From Selaginella moellendorffii (Eukaryota > Plantae > Lycopodiophyta), in assembly GCF_000143415.4 (NCBI RefSeq), contig NW_003314289.1, positions 215,109 to 279,108 of the forward strand: a stretch of 64,000 bases of DNA. The letters run 5' to 3'. The position numbers were made by a program, and so were the translations under genes. The notes under the pieces are model-generated. The model saw nothing but the letters and a program-made list of their open reading frames with translations, was not told where the DNA came from and ran no database searches. Positions 1-10,859 of this stretch are shown here, piece by piece. Positions within the stretch are counted from its first letter, which is position 1. The number at the start of each line of letters is the position of its first letter.

Positions 1-803
1 TTCCATGCATACGCCGCCACCATTGCATTCCAAGCAGCAGCAGTGGGAGAAGAAATGTTGTCAAACAGTTGGCGAGCTTTGAAAAGAGACCCTGCCTGTC
101 GTCCCAGCAAGTGTATCACGGCACTCGCCACGAAAGGATTCGTCAAGTAGCCACTTTCGATGGCGATTTCCACCACCATGTTTGTAAAAGCAGCGGGAAG
201 GACCCCGCACGCACCGAAAATCCCAGTGAAAGTGAGAGAGCTCGGCTTTACTCCTTCCAAATTCATAAGCTCGAAAAGAATCATGGCTTCCGCAGAATGC
301 CATTTCTTGGCATAAGCAGTAAGCAAGCTATTCCATGCTACTACATTCTTTTCTGGCATCTTGTCAAAGAACTCTTTAGCTTCTGAAAATTTCTGGTTCT
401 TGGTGTAGGAAACGAGCATGGTCGTCCGCGAAACCAAATCCTGGGAAGGCATTCTCTCAAAAACATCTCTAGCAGTGTCCAGATCCCCGTTATGGGCATA
501 TGCTGTAAGAAGCAGAGTCCAGGAGAAAACATTGGGCTGCTGGATCCGATCAAACGCTGCTTGGGCGTCCATGGGACTGCTAAAGTTTCCATACATCTGG
601 ACGAGCAAGTTCCCGAGGAAAGTATCGGTGTCAAAGCGGGAGTCTATCAGTTTCGTATGGATCTCTTTCCCCTGTGCCATGTCCGTGCAGTTCCGCAGCA
701 AAGAGGCATAGGTGGAAGATGCCTGCTGAATAGAGAGGTTGCTCACTCGCTCTAATCGCTCCCTGAAAGGCCCAAGCGTCGCCCATCTCTGATCAATGGC
801 CAT
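1..803 (-). CDS. PLS-class pentatricopeptide repeat protein (5' part; runs off the left edge of the window)
   Basis: Manual translation from ATG at 803: MAIDQRW...TYASLLRNC..QGKEIHTKLIDSRFDTDTFLGNLLVQMYG...PNVFSWTLLLTAYAHNG...MPEKNVVAWNSLLTAYAK. No stop before position 1, so it is absent from the ORF track. Confidence 0.9.
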   Translation of the reverse strand, partial: MAIDQRWATLGPFRERLERVSNLSIQQASSTYASLLRNCTDMAQGKEIHTKLIDSRFDTDTFLGNLLVQMYGNFSSPMDAQAAFDRIQQPNVFSWTLLLTAYAHNGDLDTARDVFERMPSQDLVSRTTMLVSYTKNQKFSEAKEFFDKMPEKNVVAWNSLLTAYAKKWHSAEAMILFELMNLEGVKPSSLTFTGIFGACGVLPAAFTNMVVEIAIESGYLTNPFVASAVIHLLGRQAGSLFKARQLFDNISSPTAAAWNAMVAAYAW

Positions 804-857
804 ACATCTTTAAGAGATCGAAAAGATTTGTTAACATAACCTTGATTAGTGTGTGAA

Positions 858-928
858 GCACTGCTGGTCTAGTGGTAGAATAGTACCCTGCCACGGTACA
901 GACCCGGGTTCGATTCCCGGGCAGTGCA
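858..928 (+). tRNA. tRNA-Gly(GCC)
   Basis: GCACTGC...GCAGTGC-A acceptor stem, A-box TGGTCTAGTGG, anticodon arm GTACC-CTGCCAC-GGTAC, B-box GGTTCGATTCC. Confidence 0.97.
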
Positions 929-991
929 GTGTTTATTGAGTTAAGTATAATTCTGATAATACCGCTTTTACTAGGTTAACCAAAAATAGAA

Positions 992-1062
992 TGCACTGCC
1001 CGGGAATCGAACCCGGGTCCGTACCGTGGCAGGGTACTATTCTACCACTAGACCAGCAGTGC
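992..1062 (-). tRNA. tRNA-Gly(GCC), inverted second copy
   Basis: Reverse complement of 858-928 with one difference in the variable loop (GGAC vs AGAC); T5 run downstream. Confidence 0.97.
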
Positions 1063-1179
1063 TTTAGATAGTAAACAAGGTTTTGTAGCAACGGTTTTGA
1101 TATTAATTAAAACGAGCGTTCATGCTAGGAATTCCTACATCAAACCATGAAAGTTCATACAAATTCTCATACAAAGGTT

Positions 1180-3005
1180 CTACACGATCTTCTTGATTTT
1201 CGAGAAAGACCCCGTTTCCGAAAAGTACGTTGATTGGGTACCGCTTCCAAGCAATGCAGCTTGCGCTGATGGATTCGAGAGCTCGATACCCTGCCGAAGA
1301 ACCGAAAAGAAAACCACCATTTCCCTAAGAACAAAAACGAAAGAGGAGTACCTGAACCGGCGTGAATGCTAAACTAGAGGTGAGACCAGACGTAGCTCCA
1401 CTGCTCCCATACTTCTTCTCTTTAAACCTTCAAATCGAAACACAGAGAATCAGCCCAAGTCTCTCAAAAGCTGGCAAACGCGAGGAGAGAAGAGATCTTA
1501 CTTCTTCACTTTGGTCGAAAGCTTGCTCGGTCCAGCCGATATCCTCAGCTTGCCACTCCCTGCCTGGCCGAGCATCCCATAGCCTTCACCCAGCCCGTCT
1601 CCCAGTGAACTCTCCTCCGGGATGTTAAAGCTCATCCGGTTGGCAAGCTTGCGCATGTCCGTCATCGCGTACCTTAAAGCAAGGAAACAAGCTCGTAACT
1701 TGGTCGCAAACCAGCTCACGACGAGGCCATACCTCTCCTTCATCTTCCTCAATCGCCTCCCTCCTCGCTTCTTCTTTGGGTCCGAGTCGGGCACCGGGAG
1801 TGGCTTGGGCTGCTTTGGCGGAGGCGGCTCCTGCCACTTCTCAATCTTCTTTTGTATCTCCTCCCTGAAAGCCCGTCCAGTTTGCCCGAGACGATCTCCC
1901 ATTGTAGCGTCCACACGGGCCGCCAGCGTCGACTTCCCGGACACGAGACGAGCAGCTCGAGTTCTCAGCGATGGCGGGCTGCCCTGGACGATCTCCGAGT
2001 GGAAGATGAAGCCGGTGTGAGGATTGAGCGTAGCCGACGAGAAGCCTGCCGAGTTCTTCTTCTTGACGCCGAGGATCTGTACGTTGCACGCCGGCATCTT
2101 CGACAGAGCCGAGAGACCACCGGCCGTTCCCATCAGTTTTGCTGCCACCGCGCTTCCCAGTATGGCCGACAGGTTTGGCGCGATGAAGGCCATCCTGCTC
2201 TCCACGAAATTCAGCACCTTTTTCTTCGACTCGTCGAGGTCCAGGGCCCGGTCACAGGCATCCAGCGTCTTTTGCAGGACTTCTTCGGCTAGAGGCTTGC
2301 CGTTGGTCGTAGAAGCCGTGACTGAAACCACCATGATCGTCGCTGATGGGAGTACTCCCTCGAGATCCACCAAGGTGAGGTCCATCTCGTTCCCAATCCT
2401 CTTGACGACTCGAGCATAATCAATGGGATGCTGTACCAGGGACTCGAGCTCCGGGAACTTTAGCCGGTACTTATCTCTGATGTAGTTGTGTATCACGCCT
2501 ATCTCGTTGTCGATGTCAACAGAGAGAGTGTTACACTCCACGATCAGCTGGTACTCTGGATCATCTTCCGAGAGCTTGGCCATGGTAGCAGGAACTCCAG
2601 ACTCGATTGCCTCGTCCACTTTCTGGAAAGAAAAGGAGTTTGGATAACCGAAAGAGAACTAGAGCAAGAACAAAGAACTCACCTTCATGAGGTCATGGTA
2701 CCGCGGAGTGTTTTGGAGCTTCGCAACCGTGTTAAGATCATCGTAGTTTACCTCGACGTCGGGCATCTCCACATCCTCTTTTCCCAGCTCGTCGTCCTCT
2801 CCAGCTTCTTCCTGCGATGCCAAAACGCCTATTAGGAGAGGTTAGACACAAAATACGCGAAAGAACGCTCCCCTACCTCGCCCGGCGCCTCATTGTCTGA
2901 GAGATCGTCGAGATCGGCAAGAAAAGAATCCGCCAGCGTCGCCTGCACAGAATCGCACAGAGAATCAGCGCCAAAGATCGCCATCGCGATCGTCACACTC
3001 ACCAT
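1180..3005 (-). CDS. PRP31: U4/U6 snRNP splicing factor Prp31 (7 coding exons: 3003-3005, 2877-2942, 2683-2811, 1733-2622, 1502-1672, 1352-1427, 1180-1290)
   Basis: Spliced translation MATLADSFLADLDDLSD..., NOSIC/Nop domain (FPELESLV, IAPNLSAILG, LSKMPACNVQILG), KKKRGGRR NLS, C-terminal SGLTSSLAFTPVQGIELSNP; GT-AG junctions keep frame. Confidence 0.95.
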
Positions 3006-3017
3006 TCTCGCGTAGCA

Positions 3018-3026
3018 AAACCCTAA
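3018..3026. promoter_or_regulatory. telo-box (AAACCCTAA) upstream of PRP31
   Basis: Exact motif just upstream of the PRP31 ATG. Similar boxes lie at about 19339 (TSR3) and about 24080 (ACINUS), as is typical of plant RNA-processing and ribosome-biogenesis genes. Confidence 0.6.
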
Positions 3027-3039
3027 GTTATGAAGACCC

Positions 3040-5457
3040 CTAACTTTGCTCCTGGATTATATTCGCGAAAAGGACGTGGATGGAACCACTGCTCTTGCCG
3101 CCACGAAGCATGGCTTCCTTCGCGATGCGCTCTCCGCGCTGGAAATCCCTGTGGATCTTGCAAGAGCTCACGATCGACGCCCAGGCGCTGGAGCTCGGCT
3201 CGAATGGCATCGATCGGACGAGCTCCTCGGCGAATCCCAGCTGCCCGGCCCTCCCAAACACATCGGCCATGGCGCTGTAGTGCTCCAGCGAGGGCTTCAC
3301 GCCATAATCCTCCTCCATGAGCGCCAGATAGCTCCTTCCAGCTCCAACCAGCCCGATCCTGCTACACGCCGCCATGGCGCTCGCGATCGCGAACTCGTCC
3401 GGCAGGAATCCCTCCAGCTCCATCGATCGCAGCAGCCAGATCGATTCCACAGCACTGTCGGAGTGGCTGAATGCGCCAATGATCGCGTTCCAGGACGCGA
3501 TGTCGCGGTAGAGCATTCGATCAAACACCACCTTAGCGCGATCTAGACGCCCGCTATAAGAAAACGCGACGATCAGCGCGTTCCAGGAGATAATATCGCG
3601 ATCCAGCATTCGATAGAAGAGCGCCAGCACCTCCCCGACATGCCCGTTCGCGGCATAGCCCGCGATTAGGGTATTCCATGCTACAGTGCTCCAGCGGGGC
3701 ATATTCTCCAGTAAGACGCGGGCATCTTGGAGGTACCCGGCCTGAGTATATGCCGATACCATCGTCGCCCAGGACACGGCGTCCCAGCGCGGCATTCTAT
3801 CAAACAACGTTTTGGCCTCCTCAAGATGCCCAGTGTCGGCATTTGAAGAGATCATGATATTCCAAGTTACCACGTCTCGATGGATCATCGCCTGGAACAT
3901 AGATTTGGCTCGATCATAGAAACCTCTAGAGATAAATCCAGAGAGCATTGCATTAGAGGAGACAACGTCGTGATCAGGCATTCGATTGAAGAAGAAATCA
4001 GCGGCAAGGTCTAGCTGCTTGAATTGGGCGTGGGCGGTGATGATGATCGTCCAGGCAGAGAGATTCCACTCGGGCATGGCGTCGAAGAAGATGCGCCTTG
4101 CATCTTCCAGTTGCCCGGATTGGGTGTAGGATTGAAGAACAGTCGCCCACGAGACAATGTCCCTCTGGTCCATCTTTGCGAAGAGATTTCTCGTTTCCTC
4201 GCCTCGACCCTCTTGGGTGTAGCCCGCGAGGATCATGTTCCATGAGACTACATCTCGGTGCTCCGCCATAGCCTCGAAGAACTCTCTTGCACGACAGAGG
4301 TTTCCACTCTGGACAAAAGCTGCGATCATCGTGTTGGCTATCATGGTGTTCCACTCGGGCATCCGATCGAAGAGAAGCTTTGCTTGAGAGATCATCCGCC
4401 GGTGCTGCCCCATGATCGAGAGCATCGCGCTCCAGGACACAAGGTTTTGCGAGGGCATTGAATCAAACGTCGTGATCGCATCGTCTATCCGGCCGCTGTC
4501 ACCATACACAACGACAAGCGCGGTCCACGCGACAATGTTGGGCTCTGGGATCGATCGAAACGCTTTTTCGGCAAGATCGAAATGCCCAGACTGGGCATAT
4601 GCTTGAACAAGGCAAGTCCAAGACACAACATTCCTTTCCGGCATCGCTGCGAATATTCTTTCGACACCATGCAAGTCGCAAGCCGAGGAATATGCTTCCA
4701 ACATAGTTGTCCACGAAATTATATTCCTTTCCTTCATGCTAGCGAAGAGAATCTCACATTCCAGAAAATGCCCTTCCTGGGCATTTGCAGAGAGCATTGT
4801 GTTCCAAGTTACTACGTCGTGTTCCGGCATTGCGTAGTACAGTGCCCTAGCCTCCGGGAGGGAACCCATTCGTACGGACGCCGCCACCATAGTGTTCCAC
4901 GAGAATATGTTCTTCTCCGGCATCTCCTTGAAGATTGATTTTGCCTCTTGCAAATGGCCTTCACGGGCATATGCTACCATTATGGTGTTCCAGGTAACAA
5001 CGTTTCTCTCCGGCATAGAATCAAACAGGGATTTAGCTGATATGAGCGATTTGTTTTGTGAGTAGCCAGAGATTAGGGTCGTCCACGCCACCACGTCGTA
5101 CTGCGGCATGGAATCAAAGAGAAACCGCGCTTCCTCCAGATGCCCACGCTGAGCATAGCACCCAATGATGATCTTCCACGACAGGAGATCCGGCGCTTCC
5201 ATGGCGTCGAAAGCTGCCCTAGCGAGCGCCAATTCGCCAAATCGCGCGTACATTTGGAGCAAGATATTGAGCAGCGCTCCATCGTGCCTCAAATCGCTGG
5301 AAGAAGAAATCCACTCGTGGATCAATCGTCCGCGAGCCAAATCCCTCGATTGCGCGCAGCTCGCAAGGATCGATTGGAAGTAGAATCGCCGCTGGAGAGT
5401 CGAATTGGAATTGGGATTGACGACCCCAAGCTCCAATTCCCTGGCGGCGTGGAGCAT
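3040..5457 (-). CDS. Intronless PLS-class PPR protein with tandem short (about 31 aa) motifs and E-type C-terminus, no DYW
   Basis: 805-aa ORF of repeated 'MPERNVVSWNTM...G.L..A..LF..' units; EHYSAMADVFGRAG and MPFEPSSSAWASIVSSCKIH E-region. Confidence 0.93.
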   Translation of the reverse strand: MLHAARELELGVVNPNSNSTLQRRFYFQSILASCAQSRDLARGRLIHEWISSSSDLRHDGALLNILLQMYARFGELALARAAFDAMEAPDLLSWKIIIGCYAQRGHLEEARFLFDSMPQYDVVAWTTLISGYSQNKSLISAKSLFDSMPERNVVTWNTIMVAYAREGHLQEAKSIFKEMPEKNIFSWNTMVAASVRMGSLPEARALYYAMPEHDVVTWNTMLSANAQEGHFLECEILFASMKERNIISWTTMLEAYSSACDLHGVERIFAAMPERNVVSWTCLVQAYAQSGHFDLAEKAFRSIPEPNIVAWTALVVVYGDSGRIDDAITTFDSMPSQNLVSWSAMLSIMGQHRRMISQAKLLFDRMPEWNTMIANTMIAAFVQSGNLCRAREFFEAMAEHRDVVSWNMILAGYTQEGRGEETRNLFAKMDQRDIVSWATVLQSYTQSGQLEDARRIFFDAMPEWNLSAWTIIITAHAQFKQLDLAADFFFNRMPDHDVVSSNAMLSGFISRGFYDRAKSMFQAMIHRDVVTWNIMISSNADTGHLEEAKTLFDRMPRWDAVSWATMVSAYTQAGYLQDARVLLENMPRWSTVAWNTLIAGYAANGHVGEVLALFYRMLDRDIISWNALIVAFSYSGRLDRAKVVFDRMLYRDIASWNAIIGAFSHSDSAVESIWLLRSMELEGFLPDEFAIASAMAACSRIGLVGAGRSYLALMEEDYGVKPSLEHYSAMADVFGRAGQLGFAEELVRSMPFEPSSSAWASIVSSCKIHRDFQRGERIAKEAMLRGGKSSGSIHVLFANIIQEQS

Positions 5458-5554
5458 TCCAGAAGGACACGTGGCGAGCGGCCATTTGTTTCTCTTGAGC
5501 GCCTATGTGGCTCCACATGACCCTAGGTTTGGAGTGTGGAGGAGAGGAGTGATT

Positions 5555-6820
5555 ATGCAGCGCCAAGGGAGGAGCGGCAACGCGAATGGAGGAGGCGGCG
5601 ATGGTAGCGGCGATTACCGGCGAGGAGGCGGCGGCGCATTCCCTGATCCATTCGCTGGGTTCGGCGGATTTGGCTTCGGTGGCAGCATGATGCAAAATTT
5701 CTTTGGCGGCCGCGATCCCTTCGACGATCCCTTCTTCAATCGGCCGTTTGGGAGCTTGTTTGGAGGATTTCCAGACAATAATCCCTTCGATCACAGACGC
5801 CATGGCGGTTTCTTGGAGAATAGGCCTTTTCATTCACAGCAGGTATGTCCGAGTTTTTTCCTGTCGAGAAAACTTTCTTTTGAGGAGTTTGCTAAGAACT
5901 TCGGTGTGTAGGAGAATCGGAGAGGCCCTATTATCGAAGAAATCGAGGACGATCATCCTCACGCGACTGGGTCGAGCCAAGAACCGATTGTGGAGCATCC
6001 AGACGATGATGTGAGGCCTGGTTAGTAGTCAATTGGAAACAATATTTTTTCTTACAGGTTTTCCCACGTATAAGCTTGAAGCATCTTACAGTCGTGAATT
6101 TGTTCCAGACCGTAGGCAAAGGGTGACAAGCCGTCACCAGGGTCCTCTCGTGAACCATCGAGATGACGGGGGTTTTCAATCGTATTCTTTCCAAAGCTCG
6201 TCTTTCAGCTACGGGGGACCGAATGGCAACTATTACGCCTCTTCGACGGCAAGGAGGCGAGGTCCAAATGGGGTACGTATTTTCTTTGTGGGGTTATTTT
6301 TCTAAGCTAGCTCCGATCGCGCAGGTTGTTCACGAAGAACATCATGAAAAGGACTCTTCTAGTAAATCTGAGACGCACAGGGTATCGAGGGGAATTCATG
6401 ACAAGGTGCCTATGGTTTTTGTCAGAATGAGGCTCATGTTTTAGTTAATATCAGGGCCATTCCTTGACTCGTAAGCGCAACGCAGAGGGACGGGAAGAAA
6501 ATCTCCAAACACTTCACAACCTGGGCGAAGGTACTTTTCTTTCTGGCTAAGCTGACATTGACTACAGCGTCATCAACGTTACAGAGGAAGTTCCTGAGTT
6601 CGAGAAGCGTTGGGAATTCGAAGCCGAACGCAATCTTCCTGGCTGGAACAGGAACAGAGCAAGGTCGCTAGCTGGAGGAGGCAACGAAGGTTTGAACTTC
6701 TAAAGAATTCTTTTCAGCTAATAATGGAGTTTCTTTCGGTATTTAGGAAGTCGTCAACGGGCTGCCTTACCTTCTGGATCTTCCGGATCTTCTGGATGGT
6801 CTGGTGCCAGACAAGCTTGA
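5555..6820 (+). CDS. Glycine-rich myeloid leukemia factor (MLF)-like protein, multi-exon
   Basis: MQRQG...FFGGRDPFDDPFFNRPFG, GPIIEEI, SYSFQSSSFSYGGPNG, HRVSRGIHDKGHSLTRKRN, LQTLHNL..EVPEFEKRW; spliced frame ends GARQA-TGA at 6820. Confidence 0.75.
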
Positions 6821-7545
6821 GACGCACGTATTCAAATCACGAACGAGTTTCTGGTCGTTCGTGATAACCATCATCATAGTACACGAGGTCTATATTTACG
6901 TAGTAAACGGGCCATAGAGCCGGTTTGTTGAAGGGATAGAACCTTTTAGAGGCTCTTTCTCTTGCTGTGCCATTCTTCATGCCGGCAAGGAAGAATTTCA
7001 TCCTACTTACTGTCGCGCGTTGGATTTGTTTTTTTGTTCTTATCAGTGTAGCTAACTGAACTTCTTGCATGGTCGATCAGATTAGTTGGTCAATCATCTT
7101 AATCTATCTGTCCTTTTTCCTCTGGTGCTAACAGATCGCATTGACATCTGCATGGGCAAATTCAGTTACGGCTGCTGATTTTTGAATCAGAATTCTTCGT
7201 CTAACGATCTTTTTCTCTTTTGCAGGAGTCAGAGCGGAGGCTACTTAAAGGTGTGTAGGTGGAGAAGTTGTGGCAGGAGCAAAGGCAACAGTAAAGAGAC
7301 AGGCAGCTCATTTGGGCTGTGCTCTATCTCTTCTCGATTTTCTTCTTTCAATAAGCGCCTGTGGTGGGCTGTTTAGCAGGCCGCGATTGGGGAGCTTCCC
7401 GTGTGGTGCAGCTGATTCACATGTACATGCAGGAGGATACCTGCGATTGTCTGTAAGTACCTTCAAAATTTGGGTTCTTCTGAATTTCCTGCTGGTGCTT
7501 TTTGTAGATGCGTCAGAGGAACGAGCTAGACGCAACGAGAACGCG

Positions 7546-9116
7546 ATGGAGGCTGCTGCAAGTAGATTTTTTGGATCTACAATTTCTCGAGATGGGCCTT
7601 TTGGCTCTGATTCACTCAAGTGTCAACACCAACACGAATGCTCTCCAGTGGTGCAGTGTCTGAGAGATTTAGTCAGCAGCGTTCCGAAATTGAACGGTTC
7701 CCGGACCCATATCAGCAGCAGCGAGAGCTTGAAGGCGACAATATCCAACAAGTCCGTGGCTTTCAAGGACTATCACGGCGATGTTAATGACTACATTCCT
7801 CTGCTCGCAGCTGCAATCATCGCGGTCGATAAGAACAAGCAGCAGCAGGAAGTCAGCTTACGTGAGAGATCAGCGCAGATGAAAAGGGGCAGACTTCTGG
7901 AGAATGATTTGGTCTACCGGCAAAGATTTGTTATCAGGTCGTACGAAGTCGGATTCGACAGATTGGCTTCAATTGAAACACTTACAAATCTCTTCCAGGT
8001 GAATGAAATTTTTTTCTGGCACTGCTCAAACTTTTCTGTTTATTTTCCTTCTAACGTATAAGAAATCTACACAGGAGACTGCTCTCAACCATGTTGGCAT
8101 GTCGGACTTTGTTGGTGACGGGCTTGGAACAACACATGCAATGATGCGAAATGGTCTTATATGGGTTGTAACGAGAATGCATATTGATGTTGATCGATAT
8201 CCAGTCTGGTAAGCATCCTGTTTTTGTTTTCTCGTTGCGTTTCTGAAGCTAGAGCAGGGGTGACATTGTTGAGATCGACTCTTGGATCCATGGTGCTGGC
8301 AAGAATTTTATCCGTCGTGATTTTATGGTTCGGGATTTTACAACTGGAGCGACTGTCTGTCGAGCAACGAGGTAGGCATTTACTTTCTATCTTTGTTGAA
8401 ACTGAGACCGTGAAATTTACAGTACCTGGGCGATGATGAACAAGAGCACAAGACGCCTTTCCAAAATTCCAGACGATGTCTTCGCAGAAATATCCCCATA
8501 CTTCCTTGACCGGCACGTAATGGAGGATGATGCTTGCCAGAAAATTGTAAAGCTGGACGACACTGCGATGTATGTACAAAAGAATCTCGTGGTAAGCACT
8601 AGCTAGCGGATCGAAGCCTCCTTTATTCTCCTTTCCTTGCGAGTGGCTTCTGACATTTTGACGCTCGCTTTTGACAGCCAAGGCTCCATGACATGGATAT
8701 GAACCAGCATGTCAATAACGTCAAGTATATCGGCTGGGTGCTCGAGGTAAAAATCCTCTTTTTTTTCTTTTTTGACTTTCGACTAGCTTTGAGCTAAACC
8801 TGTGCTTTGATTCCAGAGCGTTCCACAGGCACTGCTCGTAGCTCACGAGCTGATGAGCATGACGCTCGAGTACCGGAGAGAGTGCGCTGCGTCCGACATA
8901 GTTACGTCTCTGACGAGCCCAGCGCCGAGCGAGTCGAGCGTGGCAGCCATGAGCAACTTGAAGGAGCTGGGGCCGCCCGACATTGGCAACCCGGTGATCA
9001 CGACCAAGGGAAGCCTCCACTACACCCATCTCCTGAGAATGCAGGACAGCGGCTGCGAGATCCTGCGAGGAAGAACAGTGTGGAGACTGAAGGAGCGATT
9101 CTCTTCCTCATCTTAG
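7546..9116 (+). CDS. Acyl-ACP thioesterase (FatA/FatB family), multi-exon
   Basis: YRQRFVIRSYEVG.D..ASIETL.NLFQE.ALNH, LIWVVTRMHI.VDRYP.W, DMDMNQHVNNVKYIGWVLE and LEYRREC catalytic motifs. Confidence 0.92.
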
Positions 9117-9214
9117 ACGCGCCTCCAATGATACAAATAATCTCTCGAACAAAAGGTACTGGATCTCAAAGATGCGTTGGATTGGATCTAACATTTTTTG
9201 CTGCTTTGGTTTTG

Positions 9215-10075
9215 CTAGAAACAAAGGTGATTATCAGTGACAATGTCTGGCCTGGGCTTCATCACGGCGGGGCACGGGCGGACCCTTGGCGGCGACTTGA
9301 AGTCGGTGTTGTACGTACTGTCGTGCTCGAACCGCCGGTCGAGCGGCTCCGCCAGCGCGTTCTTGAGCTGCCTCCCGCGCAGCGGCGACTCCACGCCGGG
9401 ATCCCGGAACTTATCCATGTAAGTCGTCCGCGCATTGAATCGACCACCCAGCTTCCCCAGCGCCGACGCGATGTTATCAGGTGTGGGCTTCTCGGGCAGC
9501 CTGCGGGGGACGAAGCCGGGGCCGTAGTCCTTCTCGTTGTAGAACTCGAGCCGCCTGGTGGGCTTGTTGGTCACGTCCCAGAAGCTGGTGCTGTAAGTGG
9601 TGAGGCCGGAGAAGGTCCCCGGGGGATCAAAGCCGGTTGGATCGGTGAGGAGGCGATTGGGAGCGCGCTTGTGGATCGGCCACCAGCGGTAGTCGCTGGC
9701 TTGGGTGGTGGATCCGGAGAAGGATGGCTGGTCGCGGTGGGGTGGTGGGAAGGTGATTGGATTCCTGGGACGAGCGTGGAAGTCGCGGAAGTTTGCGCTG
9801 TAGTCGGTGTTGGCGTCGGTGTAAGTGCCGCTGGGGAGGCAGGCGTCGAGAGTCTTGCCTGTGCCGACCGTGCGTGGGTTGCCCGAGAAGGGCTTGGCGG
9901 AGTAGAAGTGGGTGTAGGTGGTGGTGTCGGTGAGGCGGGCGTGGCGGGGGTCTGGCGGGGAGACGTCGCGCGGGCGGGGGATGCGTGTTGTGGTGGATGG
10001 CGATGGCGGGCATGAGGAGTCGCGGCGTGGATGGCAGAGCTTGGTGTGCTTGCCGCAGGTGCACGCGGTACACAT
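9215..10075 (-). CDS. SAXO/FAM154-like microtubule-stabilising (STOP/Mn-repeat) protein; true start uncertain
   Basis: N-terminal CMCTACTCGKH Cys motif plus repeated F..[ST]T[YQ]..[DS][FY] units (FSGSTTQASDY, FSGLTTYSTSF, FNARTTYMDKF, FEHDSTYNTDF). Confidence 0.7.
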   Translation of the reverse strand: MCTACTCGKHTKLCHPRRDSSCPPSPSTTTRIPRPRDVSPPDPRHARLTDTTTYTHFYSAKPFSGNPRTVGTGKTLDACLPSGTYTDANTDYSANFRDFHARPRNPITFPPPHRDQPSFSGSTTQASDYRWWPIHKRAPNRLLTDPTGFDPPGTFSGLTTYSTSFWDVTNKPTRRLEFYNEKDYGPGFVPRRLPEKPTPDNIASALGKLGGRFNARTTYMDKFRDPGVESPLRGRQLKNALAEPLDRRFEHDSTYNTDFKSPPRVRPCPAVMKPRPDIVTDNHLCF

Positions 10076-10859
10076 GCATAGCTTGCACCATTGTGGTTGT
10101 GACTCCTGGAAGGAAAGATCGAAGATTTCTCGTGGAAGTGTTAGTGACAAGGGGGATCTTGAGAATCGAGAAGGGACTATTCTCACTGGATGGATGATCG
10201 ATCGACAAGAAGGGGAAAGATCGAGAATTAAAGGGGAAAGAAGGAAGGAAGATTGAAATATCGGTTTGGCAGATCGATCGATCGAGAGGGAGAGTGAGAG
10301 GGGAAGCGGTGGAGAAGGAAAGATGGAGGGAAAGTGGACAGACCGCTCAATACCACTGGAATTCACTCTAGTCTCCGACGTACCTGACCAGAATCTCGTG
10401 AGATCTACGCGTTCTAATATTGCAAATGTGGGATGGATTGCGACGAACAACCTGGCTCGTGGAGCAACCCGACACCTCATCCTCGCGGCTGGGCGCCATT
10501 AAAATTTCAAAGCGTTGCGCCCTAATATGAATCGTTTGGAATTTTTTGTTATATTCAAGTAAAACCATCATGCCTTTTATTTTTGGTGCACTCCAGAAGA
10601 GTGTAATTATTTATGTAAAAGAGAAAACAAAAAAATGGATTAAATTATTAAATTTTTTTGCCATTGTCAGATCTTCCATGGACATATAATTTAGAACAAT
10701 AAAAAATATTTTTAATTTTTCTATGCAAAAGTTTAATGTTTTGCAAATTTATAAATTTTATGTAACTTTTTTGTGTTCACATTTTCTCAAGAATTTTAAT
10801 TTCAAGGTATCGAAAATATAGTCAAGTTATCAAAACTGTCAATTTATCTTACATATTTT

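Noticed and set aside
8807-10015. 402-aa + strand ORF
   Set aside because: Off-frame over the last thioesterase exon and antisense to the SAXO-like CDS; no domain recognised.
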